From assembly GCA_047495785.1 (NCBI GenBank), contig JBLDXI010000015.1, forward strand, positions 4,154,001 through 4,218,000: DNA of 64,000 bases, written 5' to 3'. Below the pieces are notes generated by a model. The model searched no databases. It had not been told where the DNA came from and saw only the letters and a list, made by a program, of their open reading frames with translations. The stretch's first letter is position 1, and every line of letters begins with the position of its first letter. Positions 60,061-64,000 of this stretch are shown here, piece by piece. The position numbers and the translations under genes are program-made. Origin of the DNA: Lepidodermella squamata (taxonomy: Eukaryota; Animalia; Gastrotricha).

Positions 60061-60231
60061 TTAAAAGTCTACGTTAATAAAACGCAATTACAACAAGCAT
60101 TATTGTTACTAGCCAGATCTAATGGCATAATAACAGGAAGTAAAACCTATAAAATGATGCAGGCAACCGGTTGATCAACCTTTCAGAAACTAATGAGCAG
60201 AAAAATTGTAGAAAATTGAGCGAAAAAACAG

Positions 60232-61776
60232 TCAAGGTTTCAAGTTTATCACGTGGCACCTTCCACTTGAGTTAACTCCAACGATAACTGGCAGTGTTTT
60301 GTGGAACGCAAGAATGGACATAACCGAGGTAATTTCATCGTGGTAAATGTTTTGACAAGACAATTTAGCCATGCTTTTATCCGCTGCAGAATACAGTTGA
60401 ATACAACGAGGACGGTCCAAGCAACCCACACAGAACATGTAGCCACCAGCAGGATGCCAAATGGACCTGAAGGGAGTCAAAAATCGGCCAGTATGGTTGT
60501 TGTGGTTCAAGACATAAACCGTCTGACAGGTTGAGCCTTCCAAGCGCGAAAATCGAATCGTGTCGTCATAGCTGGTCGACATCACGAGAAAAGGATCTGC
60601 TGGATTCAAAAAAGCGGCTGAAACAGAACATTTATGCACGACTGTGGCCAGAGGCTTCAAAATCTTCGAATCTATCGCAGGCAGGTAGCGATCATCCCAA
60701 AAATTGACTGTTCCTTCTCTACTCGAAGTGCAAATCAAGTGCTTCTCAGCAGAGCTGGATATGGTACGGCAGTGTCGCGCGCTTGCGCGATATGTTCCGA
60801 CAACCCTGTTAGGAGCTCCGACACGACAATCAAGTCGAGCACAAGTTCCATCAACAAGCGAAACCCAAAGATCACCGTTCATGAAACAATCACTGTTAGT
60901 AACATCGAAGCCTGTGGCGCCAAGATCTTCGTCAGCAGCATACAGCATAGTGAAAGCGATGTCTGGACGATTCAAGTCCAAATAGCGCACAGAGCCATCG
61001 TAGCTTGATGAAATTAGATGACATGCGTCAAATGCTAAACCGCTGACCGGACGTTTATCGTGTGGTTCAAATTCGCAGCGATCAACCGAAGATGAATCGC
61101 AATGAATGCCTATGCCTCCATCCAAATCACCCGCAGCGTATATAAATCGGCTCTCTGTAGGGTGAATAGCCAACGAGAATGCTCTTTCTTTGCATACCTT
61201 CGAAACTTTAACACTGCTTAATTTAACATTACTGGCGTTGGCAGAGGCTAGAGCATTGATCACACCGCGTTTCTTAGCCGGAGGAATTTTATTGAGAATG
61301 GACCATGTCGCGCATACATCAGTCTCGGATGTGTAGTCATTTCGAGTGCAATCCTTTCCATCAATAATCTCTCTGAGCACACGTTGGCGTCTTTCTTCCT
61401 CTACTGCTGCAATTTGTTGGATGATATCTTCCTCTTTCAAACTGATTGCGGGCTTATTCTGGAGGCGAGAGCTCCGCCTAGGCTCATCAGGGAACCTGGG
61501 GCGAGAAGGCCGAGAACTGTAAGATTTCGAAGCTCGTGATAAGCTCGCCATAGCATCAATATCAGAAATTTCTTTTAACTCGCCGGCAATTTTGTCAATT
61601 TGTAACGTAGCAAAAAATTCAGATCGAGCCTTCACGTTTTCGTCGGTCCATTGCACATAATCCGAATAATCATCAACAGATTCCAAGTTTTCCGACGCAG
61701 GTAGGTCGTCTCTGGATTTCTTTGTCGGCTTGTCTTCTTCAACATGTAACTTGCTTTTAGTACGCGTAACTGGCAT
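60232..61776 (-). CDS. WDR76: WD repeat protein 76 / CMR1 homologue
   Basis: ATG at 61776, PRRSSRLQ N-terminal motif, ERAFSLAIHPTES..AAGD.DG, SSSYDGSVR, HNNHTGRFLTPFRSIWHP. Confidence 0.85.
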   Translation of the reverse strand: MPVTRTKSKLHVEEDKPTKKSRDDLPASENLESVDDYSDYVQWTDENVKARSEFFATLQIDKIAGELKEISDIDAMASLSRASKSYSSRPSRPRFPDEPRRSSRLQNKPAISLKEEDIIQQIAAVEEERRQRVLREIIDGKDCTRNDYTSETDVCATWSILNKIPPAKKRGVINALASANASNVKLSSVKVSKVCKERAFSLAIHPTESRFIYAAGDLDGGIGIHCDSSSVDRCEFEPHDKRPVSGLAFDACHLISSSYDGSVRYLDLNRPDIAFTMLYAADEDLGATGFDVTNSDCFMNGDLWVSLVDGTCARLDCRVGAPNRVVGTYRASARHCRTISSSAEKHLICTSSREGTVNFWDDRYLPAIDSKILKPLATVVHKCSVSAAFLNPADPFLVMSTSYDDTIRFSRLEGSTCQTVYVLNHNNHTGRFLTPFRSIWHPAGGYMFCVGCLDRPRCIQLYSAADKSMAKLSCQNIYHDEITSVMSILAFHKTLPVIVGVNSSGRCHVINLKP

Positions 61777-63073
61777 TCTAAAAAGACATAAATTGAAGCA
61801 TGAATATAGGACACAACGCAAGAGCGCATAAGACGATTTCGGGAGGCTGATGAGCGAAGTCTAGAAGCGAGACAAGCTGGTAGGAGTAAACCGCAATACG
61901 GAAACAATCAGCATTAAAACACAGGTAAAACGAAAATACGCTTGAAAGCCACATGCTAACAGCCAACAGCCAACACCCAACACCCACATTCCGCATTCAG
62001 CGTGGGCAACGTCAAAAGGGGCTTCTTGAACCACAAGCACCAAACTTGCGCGCCCAAACTTTTTTCGAAAATTTAAATTTGATAATTTTTGTTGCAATCG
62101 GAACTTTGAACATAGTTGTAATTCATCTTCATAATTTAATCTTATGATAGTTGAAAACTCTTAATTTTATTCCCGCCATTCCGCGCTTTGCTACCTCTGC
62201 TGCGCTTTGGTAGGTAGTTTTTTGAGACACCCAGCAGTAGGTCACGCCTATCGCCTATCGCCTACAGCATCCCGACGCCCAGAATGCTGTAGGCGGTGTG
62301 GCTCTGTGGCTCTATGGGCACGTCATTTTCGGATTTGGCATGAGCGGTGCATTAATTCACCGTGAGTTCTCCCTAATTACATCAAAATTTGAGACTTTCT
62401 AGGTCTCGATAACTTGCTCTGCCGAAGACAGCGATCGTCTGCTGTTTTAACCGTTTTGAATTCGCATTGCTTTTCTAAGAGCATCCTAAATCCTTGTCAA
62501 ACACATGATCAACTCCGCATAATTCGCTTGTATGATTTGCTCCTATAAATTAGATTAAAATATCCTCTTTCTGGGCGCATGTTAGTAGCTAGTCTCTTTG
62601 CGTCCCATGCTGTTATAATATAGTCTCCTCTGAAATGATATGCTTACCGATTTATTACTAGCTTGTCAATAATTAATTCAACTGGGTTAACAGCAATAAA
62701 ACACATTGTATTGTATTGTATTGTATAAGAGATGATTCGCGAATGAAGCTGCCAAAATGTCGAATTTAGTGCCGAACCTGTCGTTAATATTCAACGCTGT
62801 GGCCTGATGCTCTTAGAACTAAGTTGTATTCGTAGCCTCCAGCCTCTAGCCTGGAATTCAACATAATGCACAGGTATAACAACCCCCTCGACCTATAAAC
62901 ATATACAGTACTTATTGCAACTTCAGTATTTGTTCCGGAATGTTATAGGAACTTATGTGGTATTCTTGCTCCGTGCGCCATCGTGAGCTGCAATTTTTCT
63001 GTAATCTGTTGTAGATCATTAAAGTAAAAGGCTAACAGTGTTATGGCAGCGCCGTGAATATAGAACATTGTCA

Positions 63074-64000
63074 ATGTTTTCGATTGAAAGGCGCGACGTC
63101 ACGTTTACGGAGATTCTTTTTCAGCTATGTGAGAATCGAAATCATTCATCGCTGGTTGCTTTGTTGGAGCAAACCCAAGGTGAAAATGGGAGCAACGAAG
63201 ACATCGTGAATTTAAGAGATCCATCAGGCCAAACACCACTTTACGCCGCTGTTGCGAGCGGAGCCCTGAACTGTGTCCGTGTTTTGCTGGAGCATGGGGC
63301 CGACCCAAATTACGCATGTTCAGCGGCTTATTTTTGTCGAACGCCTTTGCACTTCTGCGCCGCAGAGGGAAGCGCCGTGGAAATTGTTGAGCTATTGCTT
63401 AACCACGGCGCCGAGCCTCTTCTGCAAGACCTTCACGGAGACACGTGCCTAACGTTGGCTAATCGTTATGGCCATTTAGACATGCATAGCCTGATGTCGA
63501 CGTGCTCTGAGCAGCGAGATCAGATGTTTGAACTCATTGTTAATCGTGAGTTTTCTAGATATTGTAGTCAACGGATACTTGATAACTACTTTTTTATTAG
63601 AATTCGAGTCGCTTCTCTTGAATGGTGACATTGACGCGGCAAAGAATTGTTTATTATCGGTGCGCAACAGGAGGCAAACTTTTCTGAAACATCTATCGCG
63701 TCGTTCGCAAGCAATTGTTATCCAGTAAGTACTCTCAATACTAAAGAAATTTGACGACATCTCCGTTTTTCTTATAGGTGCATCGAGCGTAATCTCGCCG
63801 ATTCTGTTCGATTACTGGCCGACAGTGGCATCGACTGCATGTCAATAATCATTGAGCCTAATGGAGATAATGTGCTGCATTGCGCTGCTAAATTCGGTGC
63901 TGATAAAGTTGCCGTTGTAATACTTGAGCGATGGCCGTCTTTGTTCTGCCGAACCTCTGCTCTTGGTCGATTGCCGCTTCACGATGCTTGTGAACGTGGC
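63074..64000 (+). CDS. Ankyrin-repeat protein, 5' part only (runs off window)
   Basis: Exons 63074-63545, 63601-63724 and 63778 to the end. Repeats GQTPLYAA, RTPLHFCA, GDTCLTLA, GDNVLHCAA and GRLPLHDAC. Full identity is not determinable. Confidence 0.8.

Noticed and set aside
63074-64000. Possible LRRK/ROCO kinase N-terminus
   Set aside because: Only generic ankyrin repeats are visible in the window, so no symbol was assigned.

Overview
This window is compact animal (invertebrate) genomic DNA with very short (about 48-70 nt) spliceosomal introns. No prokaryotic features, CRISPR arrays or rRNA/tRNA genes were recognised, and the taxon cannot be fixed from the sequence alone. There are three zones. 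(1) 1.5-23.7 kb holds a same-strand tandem array of ten divergent Cys-loop (pentameric ligand-gated) ion channel subunits: seven with two introns at identical positions and three intronless. All lack the large M3-M4 intracellular domain and the nAChR loop-C vicinal cysteines. One is split exactly at its extracellular/transmembrane boundary by an intact single-ORF APE+RT LINE with a target-site duplication. (2) 3.3-5 kb and 24.7-42.5 kb hold about ten CD225/dispanin-like (IFITM/PRRT-like) membrane proteins, interleaved with four paralogues of an unrecognised, fast-evolving type I membrane protein. (3) 41-62 kb is a tightly packed all-minus-strand run (WDR76, TRAPPC3, ALG13, a stand-alone NF1 GAP-domain gene, full-length NF1, NPRL2, CCDC138, a TM-ankyrin gene and small TM genes) with operon/trans-splicing-like spacing, followed by a partial ankyrin-repeat gene. 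The best candidates for new biology are the receptor+dispanin cluster, the LINE-created soluble receptor ectodomain, the natural mini-neurofibromin and the novel type I membrane family. Exon boundaries were read by eye and family calls rest on recalled motifs, not database searches.
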